From Candidatus Methylomirabilia bacterium (lineage in GTDB: Bacteria; Methylomirabilota; Methylomirabilia; Rokubacteriales; CSP1-6), in NCBI GenBank assembly GCA_041492755.1, contig JBGPXN010000007.1, positions 1 to 55,479 of the forward strand: a stretch of 55,479 nt of DNA, written 5' to 3'. Both the position numbers and the translations under genes were made by a program. This document shows positions 32,500 through 44,503 of the stretch, piece after piece (position 1 is the stretch's first letter; each line of letters opens with the position of its first letter). The notes beneath the pieces are model-generated. The model was not told the DNA's origin. It did no database searches and saw only the letters and a list, made by a program, of their open reading frames with translations.

Positions 32500-33309
32500 A
32501 TGCAGCCGACCCTGTTCAATCTCGCGGTCCTCGGTTACGTCTGCGCGACCGGATTGGCCCTCGCCCATCTCGTGCAGCGCCAGGAATTCGTCTACCGGCT
32601 CGCGGCGTTGGCGACGCTGGGCGGCTGGATCTTCCACACCCTGTCTCTGGTCGTGCTGGCCGTTCAGCAGGGGCGGCCACCACTCGGGAGCCTCCCGGAA
32701 GCCGTCTCGATGGCCGCCTGGGTCGTCGTGCTGCTCGAGATGTGGGTCGAGCGGCAGTACGGCGTCAAGGTGCTGGGTGCCTTCGTGCTGCCGATCGTGC
32801 TGGTACTGACGCTGCGCAGCGCGACCAGGCCGCTCGGCCTGGTCGCGATCGAGCCGACGCTCGGCAGCGCCTGGATCTGGGTGCACATCGCCCTCGCCTC
32901 GATCGGCATCGCGGCGTTCGTGCTCAACTTCGCGGGCGCGATCATGTACCTGCTGCAGGAGCGCCAGCTCAAGGCCAAGCGTCCGGGCGCTTTCTACTAC
33001 CGGTTGCCGGCACTGGCGACGCTCGACCGGCTGACCTACCGTACGCTCGCGCTCGGCTTCCCGTTCCTCACCATCGGCATCATCCTCGGCGCGTTGTGGG
33101 CGGGAGCGGCGTGGGGATCGGTGTTCACGTTCGACCCGCTCGCCGCGTTCTCGTTCGTCGCCTGGGCGATCTACGCGGCGACGCTCGCGGGCCGGGCGGC
33201 AGCCGGCTGGCACGGGCGGCGCGCCGCCTATTTCGCCCTGATCGGCTTCGCCGCGCTCGTGCTCACCCTCGGCGCCGGGCTGTTCCTGCCCGGCAAGCAC
33301 GGGTCCTGA
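32500..33309 (+). CDS. CcsA/HemX-family cytochrome c assembly membrane protein
   Basis: Multiple TM segments; WVHIAL, YLLQERQLK, LPALATLD, GFPFLTIGIILGALWA and GWHGRR motifs; coupled to hemA. Confidence 0.88.
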   Translation: MQPTLFNLAVLGYVCATGLALAHLVQRQEFVYRLAALATLGGWIFHTLSLVVLAVQQGRPPLGSLPEAVSMAAWVVVLLEMWVERQYGVKVLGAFVLPIVLVLTLRSATRPLGLVAIEPTLGSAWIWVHIALASIGIAAFVLNFAGAIMYLLQERQLKAKRPGAFYYRLPALATLDRLTYRTLALGFPFLTIGIILGALWAGAAWGSVFTFDPLAAFSFVAWAIYAATLAGRAAAGWHGRRAAYFALIGFAALVLTLGAGLFLPGKHGS

Positions 33310-34580
33310 TGGCGCTGTTCGTGAGCGGTCTCAACCATCGCACGGCCCCGGTGGCCATCCGCGAGCAGCTCGCGGTCGAGGAAGACAAGCTGCGCGAGAT
33401 GCTCGGCGATCTTCAGAACACCGGCGTCGTCGGGGAGGCCGTGATCATCTCGACCTGCAATCGGGTCGAGGTGTACGGGGTGGCGGACGTGCCGGGGGAA
33501 GCGCGGGCGGTGGCCTTCCGCCATCTCTGCCGCTATCGCGGCATCGAAGTCGCCAGCGTGGAGCCGCTGCTCTACACGGCCATGGACGGCGACGCCGTCC
33601 GTCACGCGTTCCGGGTGGCGGCGAGCCTCGATTCGATGATGATCGGCGAGCCGCAAATTCTGGGACAGGTCAAGGACGCGTTCGCGCTCGCCCAGAGCTG
33701 CGAGACCGTGGGCCCGACGCTGCACACGCTCTTCACCCAGGCCTTCGCCGTGGCCAAGAAGGTGCGCACCGAGACCGAGATCGGCCGCCACGCGGTGTCC
33801 GTGTCCTTCGCGGCCGTGGAGCTCGCCAAGAAGATCTTCGCCGGCCTCACCGGCAAGTCCGTCCTCCTCGTCGGCGCCGGCAAGATGGGGGAGCTCGCCG
33901 CCAAGCACCTGGTCGAGCAGGGCGCGTTCCCCATCTACGTCACCAACCGGACGTGGGCGCGCGCCCAGGAGATGGCGCGGGCGCTGGCCGGGACCGCGGT
34001 GCCGTTCGCCGACCTCGCCACCGCGCTGGCCGCCGTCGACATCGTCATCACGTCCACGGGGGCGACCGCGCCGGTGATCACGCGCCAGACGGTGCACGAC
34101 GTCATGCATGGTCGCCGGGGCCGGCCCCTGTTCTTCATCGACATCGCCGTTCCCCGCGACGTCCAGGCCTCGGTGAACACGCTGCCGGACGTCTATTGCT
34201 ACGACATCGACGACCTCAAGCAGGTGGTCGACGCGAACATTCGCGAGCGCGTGCGCGAGGCGCAGCGGGCGGAGGCGCTGGTCGAGCGCGAGGCGGTTCG
34301 CTTCATCAGCCGGCTCGGCGACGTCGAGGTCATCCCCACCATCGTGTCGCTGCGCGAGCGGATCGAGACCATCCGGACGGGCGAGGTCCGCAAGGCGCTG
34401 GCGCGCCTGCCCGGCGCCAGCGCGGAGACGCAGGCGGCGATGGACGCGCTGTCGACCGCCATCGTGAACAAGATCCTGCATACCCCGATCACCAAGCTGC
34501 GCGAGTCGTCGCGGGCGGGCACCGGCCGCTCCTGGACGGAAATGGTCCACGAGCTGTTCGGCCTCGGGCGGAAGACGTGA
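33309..34580 (+). CDS. hemA: Glutamyl-tRNA reductase
   Basis: GLNHRTAP, STCNRVE, SLDSMMIGEPQILGQVK, GAGKMG and DIAVPRD motifs. Confidence 0.97.
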   Translation: MALFVSGLNHRTAPVAIREQLAVEEDKLREMLGDLQNTGVVGEAVIISTCNRVEVYGVADVPGEARAVAFRHLCRYRGIEVASVEPLLYTAMDGDAVRHAFRVAASLDSMMIGEPQILGQVKDAFALAQSCETVGPTLHTLFTQAFAVAKKVRTETEIGRHAVSVSFAAVELAKKIFAGLTGKSVLLVGAGKMGELAAKHLVEQGAFPIYVTNRTWARAQEMARALAGTAVPFADLATALAAVDIVITSTGATAPVITRQTVHDVMHGRRGRPLFFIDIAVPRDVQASVNTLPDVYCYDIDDLKQVVDANIRERVREAQRAEALVEREAVRFISRLGDVEVIPTIVSLRERIETIRTGEVRKALARLPGASAETQAAMDALSTAIVNKILHTPITKLRESSRAGTGRSWTEMVHELFGLGRKT

Positions 34581-35494
34581 TCCGGGTGGGCACGCGGGCG
34601 AGCGTGCTGGCGCGGGCTCAGGCGGATTCGGTGGCGCAGGCCCTCCGCGCGCGCGGGGAGGACGTCGAGATCGTCACCATGACGACCGAGGGTGACCGGC
34701 TGCTCAGCGCGCGACTCGCCGAGGTCGGTGGCAAGGGCCTCTTCGTGCGCGAGATCGAAGAGGCGCTGCTCGCGGGCACCATCGACGTCGCCGTCCACAG
34801 CCTGAAGGACCTTCCCGCCGAGCTGCCCGGCGGTCTCGTGCTCGCCGCGTTCCCGGCCCGTGAAGATCCGCGTGACGTGCTGGTGAGCCGTTCGGGCGGC
34901 GGATTCGACGCGCTTTCCGAAGGCGCGCGGCTCGGGACGTCGAGCCCGCGTCGCCGTGCGCTGGCCCTGGCCGTCCGCCCGGATCTCCGGATCCAGCCGG
35001 TGCGGGGCAACGTGGATACGCGCCTGCGCAAGCTGGCCGCCGGCGAGTGCGACGCGCTGGTGCTGGCCGCCGCCGGTCTTCGACGGCTCGGCCTCACGCC
35101 CGAGCACGCGGAGCCGCTCGCGGCGGACGTCTTCGTGCCGGCGGTGGGCCAGGGCATCCTCGGCGTCGAGGTCCGCGCCGACGATGCCCGGGTCAGCGGT
35201 CTCGTGCGCGCGCTCGATCACGCCGACACGCGGGCGGCCGCTCTCGCCGAGCGCGCCTACCTGCGCCGCCTGGGCGCCTCCTGCAACACGGCGGTGGCCG
35301 CGCATGCCATGATCGAGGGCGGTGGCACCACCATCCGGATGGACGCGGTCGTCGCCAGCGAGGACGGGCGCCGCTTGCTGCGTGACGGCGCCACCGGCGT
35401 GGTGGAAGAAGCGGAGGACGTGGGGCTCTGGCTCGCGGAATCCATCCTGGCCCAGGGTGCGGCCACGCTGACGACGTTGGCGCCGGGCCGATGA
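34577..35494 (+). CDS. hemC: Hydroxymethylbilane synthase
   Basis: [41 protein letters not shown] and PAVGQG motifs. Confidence 0.96.
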   Translation: MIRVGTRASVLARAQADSVAQALRARGEDVEIVTMTTEGDRLLSARLAEVGGKGLFVREIEEALLAGTIDVAVHSLKDLPAELPGGLVLAAFPAREDPRDVLVSRSGGGFDALSEGARLGTSSPRRRALALAVRPDLRIQPVRGNVDTRLRKLAAGECDALVLAAAGLRRLGLTPEHAEPLAADVFVPAVGQGILGVEVRADDARVSGLVRALDHADTRAAALAERAYLRRLGASCNTAVAAHAMIEGGGTTIRMDAVVASEDGRRLLRDGATGVVEEAEDVGLWLAESILAQGAATLTTLAPGR

Positions 35495-36321
35495 CGCTGA
35501 CGGGAGCGGACGCGCCCCTGGCCGGCCGCACGATCGTGGTGACGCGTCCCGCCAATCAGGCCCGGCGCTTCATCGACCTGCTGGAGGCGGCCGGCGCCCG
35601 CGTGCTCGCCGCGCCGACGATCGCCATCGAACCGCCGCCGTCGTGGGAGCCGCTCGATCGCGCGCTCGACGACGCTCCCAGCTTCGCCTGGGTGATCTTC
35701 ACCAGCGTCAACGGCGTGGCCATGGTCGATCGCCGGTTGCGAACGCGGCGGCTCGACTGGACGACGTTGCGCCGCAGTCGGGTCGCGGCCATCGGGCCGG
35801 CGACCGCGGAGGCGCTGCGCGAGCACGAGGTCCGGGTGGACGTGGTGCCGGGAGAGTATCGCGCGGAGGGACTGGTCGAGCGACTGCGCGGGGAGATCCG
35901 CGCCGGCGACCGTGTCCTGCTGCCGCGGGCGGCCCAGACGCGCGACGTGCTCGTCACCGAGCTCCGCGGCATGGGCGCGGACGTCGCCGAGGTGCCCGCG
36001 TACGTCACGCGCCGGGTCGAGGCGAACACGCGCCGGCTGCGAGACGCGCTGGCGTCGGGATCGGTCGACGCCGTGACGTTCACCAGCTCGTCCACCGCGC
36101 GCAACTTCGCCGAGCTCTTCAGCGACGAGCAGCGGCGGTCGTGGTTCGTGGGGGTGACGGTCGCCTCCATCGGACCGATCACGGCCGCGACCGCGTCCGA
36201 GTACGGCCTGCAGACGAGCGTCATGCCGCGCGAGTACACCATTCCCGCGCTGGCGCGAGCGATCACCGAGCATTTCGCGAGCCGACCGGCCTCGAGACGG
36301 GCGGCGAGAAGGAGCAGCTGA
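35491..36321 (+). CDS. hemD: Uroporphyrinogen-III synthase
   Basis: [25 protein letters not shown] and SIGPITA motifs. Confidence 0.94.
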   Translation: MTLTGADAPLAGRTIVVTRPANQARRFIDLLEAAGARVLAAPTIAIEPPPSWEPLDRALDDAPSFAWVIFTSVNGVAMVDRRLRTRRLDWTTLRRSRVAAIGPATAEALREHEVRVDVVPGEYRAEGLVERLRGEIRAGDRVLLPRAAQTRDVLVTELRGMGADVAEVPAYVTRRVEANTRRLRDALASGSVDAVTFTSSSTARNFAELFSDEQRRSWFVGVTVASIGPITAATASEYGLQTSVMPREYTIPALARAITEHFASRPASRRAARRSS

Positions 36322-37307
36322 TGGCGCATGCGATGTTCCGCCCTCGACGTCTCCGCGACAAGGCGCTGCTGCGCAAGTTGGTCCGCGAGACGACGCTCAC
36401 CGTCGACGACCTCGTCTACCCGGTGTTCGCGGTGCCCGGCCGCGGCGTGCGGGAGCCGATCGAGTCGATGCCGGGGCAGTTCCGGATGTCCGTGGACGAG
36501 CTGATGAAGGAGGCCAAGGACGTCGCCGGCATGGGCATTCCCGCCATGCTGTTCTTCGGGCTGCCCGAGGCGAAGGACCCGCGCGGCTCGGAAGCGTACG
36601 CGGACGACGGCATCGTCCAGCAGGCGATCCGCGCCGTGAAGGACACGGTGCCGGACCTCCTCGTGATCACCGACGTCTGTCTGTGCCAGTACACCAGCCA
36701 CGGGCATTGCGGGATCGTCGAGGACGGCGCGGTGCGGAACGATCCGACGCTGGAGCTGCTCGCCCGCATCGCCGTCTCTCACGCCGAAGCCGGTGCGGAC
36801 ATGGTCGCGCCGTCGGACATGATGGACGGGCGCGTCGGCGCCATCCGCGAGGCGCTGGACGAGGCGACCCTCACCGAGGTGTCGATCATGGCGTACTCCG
36901 CGAAGTACGCCTCGGCCTTCTACGGCCCCTTCCGCGAGGCGGCCGACTCGATGCCGCAGTTCGGCGACCGGCGCCAGTATCAGATGGACCCGGCCAATGC
37001 GATGGAGGCCATGCGCGAGATCGCGCTCGACCTCGACGAGGGCGCCGACATCGTGATGGTGAAGCCCGCGCTGTCGTATCTCGACGTCATCTCGCGCGCC
37101 AAGGCGGAGTTCGGCGTGCCGCTGGCCGCCTATTCGGTGTCCGGCGAGTACGCGATGATCAAGGCGGCCGGCCGCATGGGCTGGCTGGACGAGAAGCGGG
37201 TGATGATGGAGGTGCTCACGTCCATCCGGCGGGCGGGCGCCGACATCGTCATCACGTACTTCGCCAAGGACGTGGTGCGCGTGCTCGAGGGCGGCCTGGA
37301 CATCTGA
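36321..37307 (+). CDS. hemB: Porphobilinogen synthase
   Basis: [36 protein letters not shown] and MVKP motifs. Confidence 0.97.
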   Translation: MAHAMFRPRRLRDKALLRKLVRETTLTVDDLVYPVFAVPGRGVREPIESMPGQFRMSVDELMKEAKDVAGMGIPAMLFFGLPEAKDPRGSEAYADDGIVQQAIRAVKDTVPDLLVITDVCLCQYTSHGHCGIVEDGAVRNDPTLELLARIAVSHAEAGADMVAPSDMMDGRVGAIREALDEATLTEVSIMAYSAKYASAFYGPFREAADSMPQFGDRRQYQMDPANAMEAMREIALDLDEGADIVMVKPALSYLDVISRAKAEFGVPLAAYSVSGEYAMIKAAGRMGWLDEKRVMMEVLTSIRRAGADIVITYFAKDVVRVLEGGLDI

Positions 37308-37332
37308 GCACACCAGGGAACACGGACCCGGC

Positions 37333-37769
37333 ATGCGCATCTCGGCCAAGGGTGAATATGCGATCCGGGCCGTCCTGGATCTGGCCATGCACACGGGGCG
37401 GGGTCTCATCCCGATCCAGGACATCGCCGAGCGCCAGCGCATCCCGCAGCGCTATCTCGAGCAGGTGCTGCTCGGGCTCAAGCGCGCGGGACTGCTGACC
37501 TCCAAGCGCGGGTCGGCCGGAGGCTATCATTTGACGAAGGCGCCCGAGGAGGTCACCGTGGGTGCGGTGCTGCGCGCGGTGGAGGGAACGGACGCGCCCT
37601 TCGACGTGCGCCCGGCCGAGCGCGGCGGCACCGGAGGCTTCGACCTCGGGCCCCTGTGGGAGGAGATCGCGGTGGCGGTATCGGGTGTCGTCGATCGCCT
37701 GACGTTCAAGGACCTGGCCACCCGCGTCTACGACCGCCTCGGGTCGGCGCGGCCGATGTACCACATCTG

Positions 37770-37770
<1 letters not shown>
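37333..37770 (+). CDS. Rrf2-family regulator (CymR-like, no cysteines)
   Basis: IPQRYLEQVL...SKRGSAGGY...MYHI; no Fe-S cysteine triad; precedes cysK. Confidence 0.88.
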
Positions 37771-38684
<914 letters not shown>

Positions 38685-38716
38685 CCTTGGAGTGACACAC
38701 TCCTAGCGGCTGGAGC

Positions 38717-38745
38717 GCCGGAAGGGAGGCGGAGCCCCCCTCCGA
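38717..38745. repeat. Family-2 GC hairpin repeat
   Basis: GCCGGAAGGGAGGCGGAGCCCCCCTCCGA, similar to 47974-48006. Confidence 0.6.
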
Positions 38746-38756
38746 GGAGAGAATCC

Positions 38757-39035
38757 ATGGCAGTCATGGTGTACATTCCCACGCCGTTCCGGCGGGCCAC
38801 GAACAACCGGGACCGCGTGGAAGTGGCGGCGGACGACGTGCGGGGATTGCTCGACGAGCTGGAGCGCTCGTTCGGAGCGCTGAAAGGGCTCGTGCGCAAC
38901 GAAGGCGGTGAAGTCCACCACCACGTGAACATCTACGTCAACAGCGAAGCCATCGAAGCGCTGCAGGGCCTGGAGACACGGCTGCGCGACGGTGACGAGG
39001 TGACGATCATCCCCGCGCTCGCGGGCGGCCGTTGA
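38757..39035 (+). CDS. MoaD/ThiS/CysO-family sulfur carrier ending GG-R
   Basis: IPTPFR...VNIYVN...[14 protein letters not shown]. Confidence 0.9.
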   Translation: MAVMVYIPTPFRRATNNRDRVEVAADDVRGLLDELERSFGALKGLVRNEGGEVHHHVNIYVNSEAIEALQGLETRLRDGDEVTIIPALAGGR

Positions 39036-39490
39036 TCCTCACGCCCGACGAGCGCGACGCCATCCAGCGACAGGCCGTGGACGAATACCCGCACGAGTCG
39101 TGCGGCGTGGTCGTGGCACGGGGCGGAGAGCGACGGCTCATGTGCTGTCGCAACGTGCAAAACGAGCTGCACGCCCGCGATCCCCAGAAGCACCCGCGGG
39201 ACGCGCGGACCGCCTATTACATCGACCCCCAGGATCTCCTGAAACTGGGCCACCTCGAGGAAGAAGGGTTCCACGTGGCCGTCATCTATCACTCCCACGT
39301 CGACGCCGGGGCGTACTTCTCGGAGACGGATCGCCGCCAGGCACTCGTCGCCGGCGAGCCCGCGTACCCGGACGCCGTCTACGTGGTGACGTCGGTCGTC
39401 AGCGGCACGCTCGCCGCCGCCGCCGCCTTCCAGTGGAGCGCGGCGGCGCGGGACTTCGTCGCCACCGATCTCGAGACCAAGGAGCCGTGA
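39032..39490 (+). CDS. JAMM/MPN+ (Mec/M67) metalloprotease
   Basis: YPHESCG...[15 protein letters not shown] (E...HxHx7Sx2D). Confidence 0.9.
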   Translation: MILTPDERDAIQRQAVDEYPHESCGVVVARGGERRLMCCRNVQNELHARDPQKHPRDARTAYYIDPQDLLKLGHLEEEGFHVAVIYHSHVDAGAYFSETDRRQALVAGEPAYPDAVYVVTSVVSGTLAAAAAFQWSAAARDFVATDLETKEP

Positions 39491-39491
39491 C

Positions 39492-40772
39492 GTGAAGGAT
39501 TCGAAGAGCCTGTTCTCGGCGGCCAGCCGCCTGATGCCCGGCGGGGTCAACAGCCCGGTGCGCGCGTTCGGCGGTGTCGGCGGCGAGCCGTTCTTCGTCG
39601 CCCGTGCCGCCGGCTCGCGGCTCTGGGACGTCGACGGCCGCGAATACATCGACTTCGTCGGCTCGTGGGGGCCCCTCGTCCTCGGCCATGCGCCCGGCGC
39701 CGTCGTGGAGGCGGTCACCGAGGCGGCGCGTGGCGGCACGTCGTACGGCGCGCCGACCGGGCAGGAGGTGGAGATGGCGGCCGCCATCACCGCGGCCGTG
39801 CCCTCGATGGAGCTCATGCGACTGGTGAGCTCGGGCACCGAAGCGGCGATGAGCGCGATCCGCGTCGCGCGCGGCGCCACCGGGCGCGATCTCATCGTGA
39901 AGTTCGACGGCTGCTACCACGGCCATGCCGACAGCCTCCTCGTGAAGGCGGGCTCGGGTGGCGCGACGTTCTCCATCCCGGACAGCGCGGGCGTGCCGGC
40001 CGCGCTCGCCGCGCTCACCATCACGGCGCCGTTCAACGACGTCGAGGCGGTGCGCTCGATCTTCCGCGCTCGGGGTGATGACATCGCCGCGGTGATCGTG
40101 GAGCCGGTCGCGGGGAACATGGGCGTGGTGCCGCCGGCGCCCGGCTTTCTCGAGGGGCTGCGCAAGATTACCGCCCAACACGGTACGGTGCTCATCTTCG
40201 ACGAAGTCATCACGGGCTTCCGCGTCGCGTACGGTGGTGCCCAGGAGCGGTATGGCGTGCGCGCCGACCTCACGTGTCTCGGCAAGATCATCGGCGGGGG
40301 ACTCCCGGTCGGCGCCTACGGCGGCCGGCGCGATTTGATGGAACAGGTGGCGCCGCTCGGCCCCGTCTATCAAGCGGGCACGCTATCGGGCAATCCGCTC
40401 GCGGTCGCCGCCGGTCTCGCCACGCTCGCGGCGCTCCGGCAGGGCGACCCCTATGCGCGGCTGGAGGCGCTCGGCGCCCGACTCGAACGCGGACTCCGCG
40501 TGGCCGCGTCGGGCGCGGGCATACCGCTCACCGTGAACCGCGTGGGCTCCATGCTCACCGCCTTCTTCACCGGCGATGCCGTCACCGACTACGCCACCGC
40601 CCGCCGCGCCGACACCAAGCGGTACGCCGGATTCTTCCACGCACTGCGTGAGCGGGGCGTATACGTCGCGCCCTCCCAATTCGAAGCCGCGTTCGTATCG
40701 CTGGCGCACTCGGAAGCGGACCTCGATGCGGCCGGTCAGGCGGCCGCGGAAGCGATGACCGGACTGCTTTGA
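39492..40772 (+). CDS. hemL: Glutamate-1-semialdehyde 2,1-aminomutase
   Basis: [41 protein letters not shown] and [10 protein letters not shown] motifs. Confidence 0.97.
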   Translation: MKDSKSLFSAASRLMPGGVNSPVRAFGGVGGEPFFVARAAGSRLWDVDGREYIDFVGSWGPLVLGHAPGAVVEAVTEAARGGTSYGAPTGQEVEMAAAITAAVPSMELMRLVSSGTEAAMSAIRVARGATGRDLIVKFDGCYHGHADSLLVKAGSGGATFSIPDSAGVPAALAALTITAPFNDVEAVRSIFRARGDDIAAVIVEPVAGNMGVVPPAPGFLEGLRKITAQHGTVLIFDEVITGFRVAYGGAQERYGVRADLTCLGKIIGGGLPVGAYGGRRDLMEQVAPLGPVYQAGTLSGNPLAVAAGLATLAALRQGDPYARLEALGARLERGLRVAASGAGIPLTVNRVGSMLTAFFTGDAVTDYATARRADTKRYAGFFHALRERGVYVAPSQFEAAFVSLAHSEADLDAAGQAAAEAMTGLL

Positions 40773-40860
40773 GCGCGGCGAACCGCCGATCCTCGTTGAC
40801 TTTCTCAAGGGCGGGCTGCTAGATTCGCCGGGTGCTCACGGCCGGGCGAATCGTCTGTCG

Positions 40861-41451
40861 ATGAGAGCGAAGGCAGGCGTGGGGGCTCTCGGCTTGGTGC
40901 TCCTCGCCACGCTCGCCTTCCTCGCCGCGTCCTCCTGGAGCCAGCGGCCCGCGCTGGCGAAGCCGTCCGTGCAGCCGATCGCATTCCCGCACAACACGCA
41001 CGTGCAGACGTACAAGATGGATTGCCAGTACTGCCACGCCGACGCGCGGCGCTCGGAATACGCGGGTCTGCCGTCGGTGACCCGGTGCATGGGTTGCCAC
41101 CGGATCACCGCGGCCGACAAGCCGGAGATCAAGAAGCTCGCGGAGTACGCGGCGCGGCAGGAGCCGATTCCGTGGCAGCGCGTGTACAAGGTGCCGGAAT
41201 TCACCTACTTTCCCCACAAGGCGCACATCCGGGCCGGGCTCGCGTGCCAGCGCTGCCACGGACCGGTGGAGACCATGACGACCGTCGGCGCGGAGACGGG
41301 ACCGCGGCTGACGCACGACCTGCTGGTCCTCGCCGGTCTGCAGATACCGGCGCCGCCGCTCTCGATGGGCTGGTGCATCGAGTGTCACCGCAAAGAAAAC
41401 GCGACGCGCGGCCTCCAGGCCCCGCTCGATTGCGTCACGTGTCATCACTGA
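40861..41451 (+). CDS. actA: Pentaheme cytochrome c, alternative complex III subunit A
   Basis: QPIAFPH plus five CxxCH motifs (CQYCH, CMGCH, CQRCH, CIECH, CVTCH); MGWC. Confidence 0.88.
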   Translation: MRAKAGVGALGLVLLATLAFLAASSWSQRPALAKPSVQPIAFPHNTHVQTYKMDCQYCHADARRSEYAGLPSVTRCMGCHRITAADKPEIKKLAEYAARQEPIPWQRVYKVPEFTYFPHKAHIRAGLACQRCHGPVETMTTVGAETGPRLTHDLLVLAGLQIPAPPLSMGWCIECHRKENATRGLQAPLDCVTCHH

Positions 41452-41465
41452 GGGGGATTGTCGGC

Positions 41466-41580
41466 GGGGCCATTTCGGGGCCCCCAAGCAACGAACGCGA
41501 AGATCGAGGAGCGCCACGGCTTCGCCGGGGCGCTGCCGAGCGCTGGGGGGTATGGGGGGCCATTTCGGGGCCCCCCATGT
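41466..41580 (+). repeat. Family-1 repeat (one partial and one full copy) in the actA-actB spacer
   Basis: GGGGCCATTTCGGGGCCCCC...AAGATCGAGGAGCGCC...GGGGCGCTGCCGAGCGCTGGGGGGTATGGGGGGCCATTTCGGGGCCCCCCATGT. Confidence 0.88.
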
Positions 41581-41599
41581 CAACAGCAGGGATCCGGGG

Positions 41600-44503
41600 A
41601 TGAACCGACGGGACTTCTTCAAGATCGTGACGACCACCGGTGCCGCGGCCGCGGCCGCCGGCTGTCAGCAGGCGACGGAGCGCATCCTGCCGATGGTCGT
41701 CCCCAACGAGCAGATCGTCCCGGGCATCGCCTCGTGGTTCTCGACGGTGTGTCGGGAGTGCCCGGCCGGCTGCGGGGTTATCGCGCGCAATCGCGAGGGG
41801 CGCGTGGTGAAGCTCGAAGGCAACCCGGATCATCCGGTGAATCGCGGCGCGCTGTGCGTGCGCGGCCAGGCGTCGCTGCAGAACGCCTACCATCCCGACC
41901 GCTTCGTCGGTCCGCAGCGCCGCGACGGCGCCAACCTCCGCGTCCAGGGCTGGGACGAGGCGCTCAAAGGGGTGGCCGGGCGCGTGGACGAGCTGCGCAA
42001 GGCCGGCAAGGGGCGCGCGATCGCGCTCGTGTCCCAGCTCGAGAACGGCAGCGCCGGCGCTCTCATGGATCGCTTCGTTCAGGCGGTGGGCGCGCGCCCG
42101 CGCCTGACCTTCGAGCCGTTCGGCTACGAGGCGATGCGCGCGGCCAACCGCGCCGTCTTCAATCGCGACGCCATCCCGTACTACGCGTTCGAGGACGCCG
42201 AGGTCGTGCTCTCGTTCGGCGCCGACTTCGTCGAGACGTGGCTCTCGAACGTCGGCTACGCGCACGGCTTCATGCGCATGCACGGCTTCCGCGAAGGTCG
42301 CGCGGGGACGTTCGTCCACGTGGAGCCGCGACAGTCGTTGACCGCCTCCAATGCCGACGAGTGGGTGCGCAACGCGCCGGGGACCGAAGGGCTCATCGCG
42401 CTCGCCGTCCTCAAGCTGCTGGTGGAGGAAGGCCGGGCCGACAAGCGCTTCGGCGACGCCGTCGCCGGCATCGACGTGAAGGCCGTGGCCACCGAGAGCG
42501 GCGTGCCCGAAAAGACGCTGCAGCACGTCGCCCACCTGTTCGGTCACGCCAAGCCCCCGCTCGCGGTCGGTGGCGGCGTGGCCGTCACCGGGTCGCACGC
42601 GGTGGCGACCCTGACCGCCGTCAACCTCCTGAACGCGGCGGTGGGCGCGGTCGGCAAGACGGTGCGGTTCGGCCCCGACTCCGCGTACGGGCGCGTGAGC
42701 CCTTACGCCGAGATGGCCGCGCTCACGCAGGCGATGGTCAAGGGCGAGGTGGAGCTGTTGCTCCTCGGCCCCGGCGTGAACCCGGCGTTCACGCTGCCGG
42801 GCGGTCTCCGCTTCGCGGACGCGGCGAAGAAGGTGCCGATGGTGGTGAGCTTCGCCAACCGGCCCGACGACACCACCGCGCTCGCTCACGTCGTCCTTCC
42901 GGATACCCACTGGCTGGAAGCGTGGGGCGACTACTCACCGCGCGAGGGCGTGGTGGGACTGCTGCAGCCGACGATGGCGCCGGCGCGGGACTCGCGCCCG
43001 ATCGGTGACGTGCTCATCACGCTGGGCCGGATGGCGCTGGGCGCCGAGGAAGGCAAGGGCCCGCTGCCGTGGGCGTCCTTCGAGCAGTTCGCGAAGGCGG
43101 CCTGGGAGCCGCTCGTGCGCGGCCAGCTCGAGGCGGCGCTCCAGCGTGGTGGCGTCTTCACGGAGCCGGCGCCGGCGGCGGTCACGCCGAAGGTCGCCGC
43201 GGTCGAGGCGGCCAAGCCGAAACTGGAAGGGGATGCCAGCGGGCTCGTCCTGCTCGCGTATCCGTCGTTCCGCTTCTACGACGGCCGGAGCGCCGGCAGC
43301 TCGTGGCTGCAAGAGATGCCCGACACGATGACCCAGGTCGTGTGGGACACGTGGGTGGAGGTGTCGACGGAGACGGCGCGGAAAATGGGCATCGCCAATG
43401 GCGACGTCATCCGCGTCACGTCACCCCACGGGGCGGTCGAGCTGCCCGCGTACGTCTCGGCCTCGCTGCACCCAGGCGCGGTCGCCGTTCCGATCGGCCA
43501 CCGGTATGCGCCGTTCCACGTCCCGCGGTACGTGGCCGCGTACACGGCGCCGACCAACCCGCTCGCCCTCCTCTCGGGCGGCGCCGACCCGGCCTCGGGC
43601 GGGCCGCTGTTCATGGGCGTGCGGGTCACCCTCGCGCGCACCGGCGCACGCCGGCCGCTGGCGATCCTACAGGCGACGCACGATCAGGACCACCGTGAGA
43701 TCGCTCAGCACATCGATTTGCGAACGGCGCGCGAGGAAGCGCTGCGCGGCAAGAAGGACGAGCACGGCCACGGCGCCATCAGCATGTACGCGCCCCAGCA
43801 CTATCCGAACTACCGGTGGGGACTCGCGATCGACGTCGATCGCTGTGTCGGGTGCGGCGCGTGCGTGGTCGCCTGCCAGGCCGAGAACAACGTCGCGGTG
43901 GTCGGCAAGGCGCAAGCAGCGTACGGGCGGCAGCTGCACTGGATGCGCATCGAGCGCTGGGCCGAGGGCAAGCCGGAGCATCCGGAGAACATCTTCCTGC
44001 CCATGCTGTGCCAGCACTGTGAAGTCGCGCCGTGCGAGCCGGTCTGCCCGGTGTTCGCCGCGTACCGGACGGACGAAGGTCTCAACGGGCAGGTCTACAA
44101 CCGCTGCGTGGGCACGCGCTACTGCGGCAACAACTGTCCGTACCACGTGCGGCGCTTCAACTGGTTCAACTGGGAGATCCCGACGCCGCTCGAGGTCCAG
44201 CTCAACCCCGACGTCACCGTGCGCCAGCTCGGCGTCATGGAGAAGTGCACCATGTGCATCCAGCGCATCGTGGCCGGCAAGGACCACGCGCGGGACGAGA
44301 AGCGCAAGGTAAGGGACGGCGACATCCTGACCGCCTGCCAGCAGACGTGCCCGACCCAGGCCATCACCTTCGGCAACCTGAAGGACGAGGGCAGTGAAGT
44401 GACCAAGCTCGTGCACGCGCCCCGCACCTACACCGTGCTGGAGGAGCTGGGAACGCGTCCATCGGTGACGTACCTCAAGAAGGTCGTCAGGACCCACGCG
44501 TGA
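41600..44503 (+). CDS. actB: Alternative complex III subunit B (molybdopterin-oxidoreductase-like + Fe-S domain fusion)
   Basis: Tat motif MNRRDFFK with AAGC lipobox; KLEGNPDHP; C-terminal CVGCGACVVAC, CQHCEVAPCEPVCP, CVGTRYCGNNCPY and EKCTMC. Confidence 0.88.
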   Translation: MNRRDFFKIVTTTGAAAAAAGCQQATERILPMVVPNEQIVPGIASWFSTVCRECPAGCGVIARNREGRVVKLEGNPDHPVNRGALCVRGQASLQNAYHPDRFVGPQRRDGANLRVQGWDEALKGVAGRVDELRKAGKGRAIALVSQLENGSAGALMDRFVQAVGARPRLTFEPFGYEAMRAANRAVFNRDAIPYYAFEDAEVVLSFGADFVETWLSNVGYAHGFMRMHGFREGRAGTFVHVEPRQSLTASNADEWVRNAPGTEGLIALAVLKLLVEEGRADKRFGDAVAGIDVKAVATESGVPEKTLQHVAHLFGHAKPPLAVGGGVAVTGSHAVATLTAVNLLNAAVGAVGKTVRFGPDSAYGRVSPYAEMAALTQAMVKGEVELLLLGPGVNPAFTLPGGLRFADAAKKVPMVVSFANRPDDTTALAHVVLPDTHWLEAWGDYSPREGVVGLLQPTMAPARDSRPIGDVLITLGRMALGAEEGKGPLPWASFEQFAKAAWEPLVRGQLEAALQRGGVFTEPAPAAVTPKVAAVEAAKPKLEGDASGLVLLAYPSFRFYDGRSAGSSWLQEMPDTMTQVVWDTWVEVSTETARKMGIANGDVIRVTSPHGAVELPAYVSASLHPGAVAVPIGHRYAPFHVPRYVAAYTAPTNPLALLSGGADPASGGPLFMGVRVTLARTGARRPLAILQATHDQDHREIAQHIDLRTAREEALRGKKDEHGHGAISMYAPQHYPNYRWGLAIDVDRCVGCGACVVACQAENNVAVVGKAQAAYGRQLHWMRIERWAEGKPEHPENIFLPMLCQHCEVAPCEPVCPVFAAYRTDEGLNGQVYNRCVGTRYCGNNCPYHVRRFNWFNWEIPTPLEVQLNPDVTVRQLGVMEKCTMCIQRIVAGKDHARDEKRKVRDGDILTACQQTCPTQAITFGNLKDEGSEVTKLVHAPRTYTVLEELGTRPSVTYLKKVVRTHA

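Noticed and set aside
41552..41599. N-terminal extension MGGHFGAPH on ActB
   Set aside because: Derived from the repeat element; the Tat signal starts at 41600.
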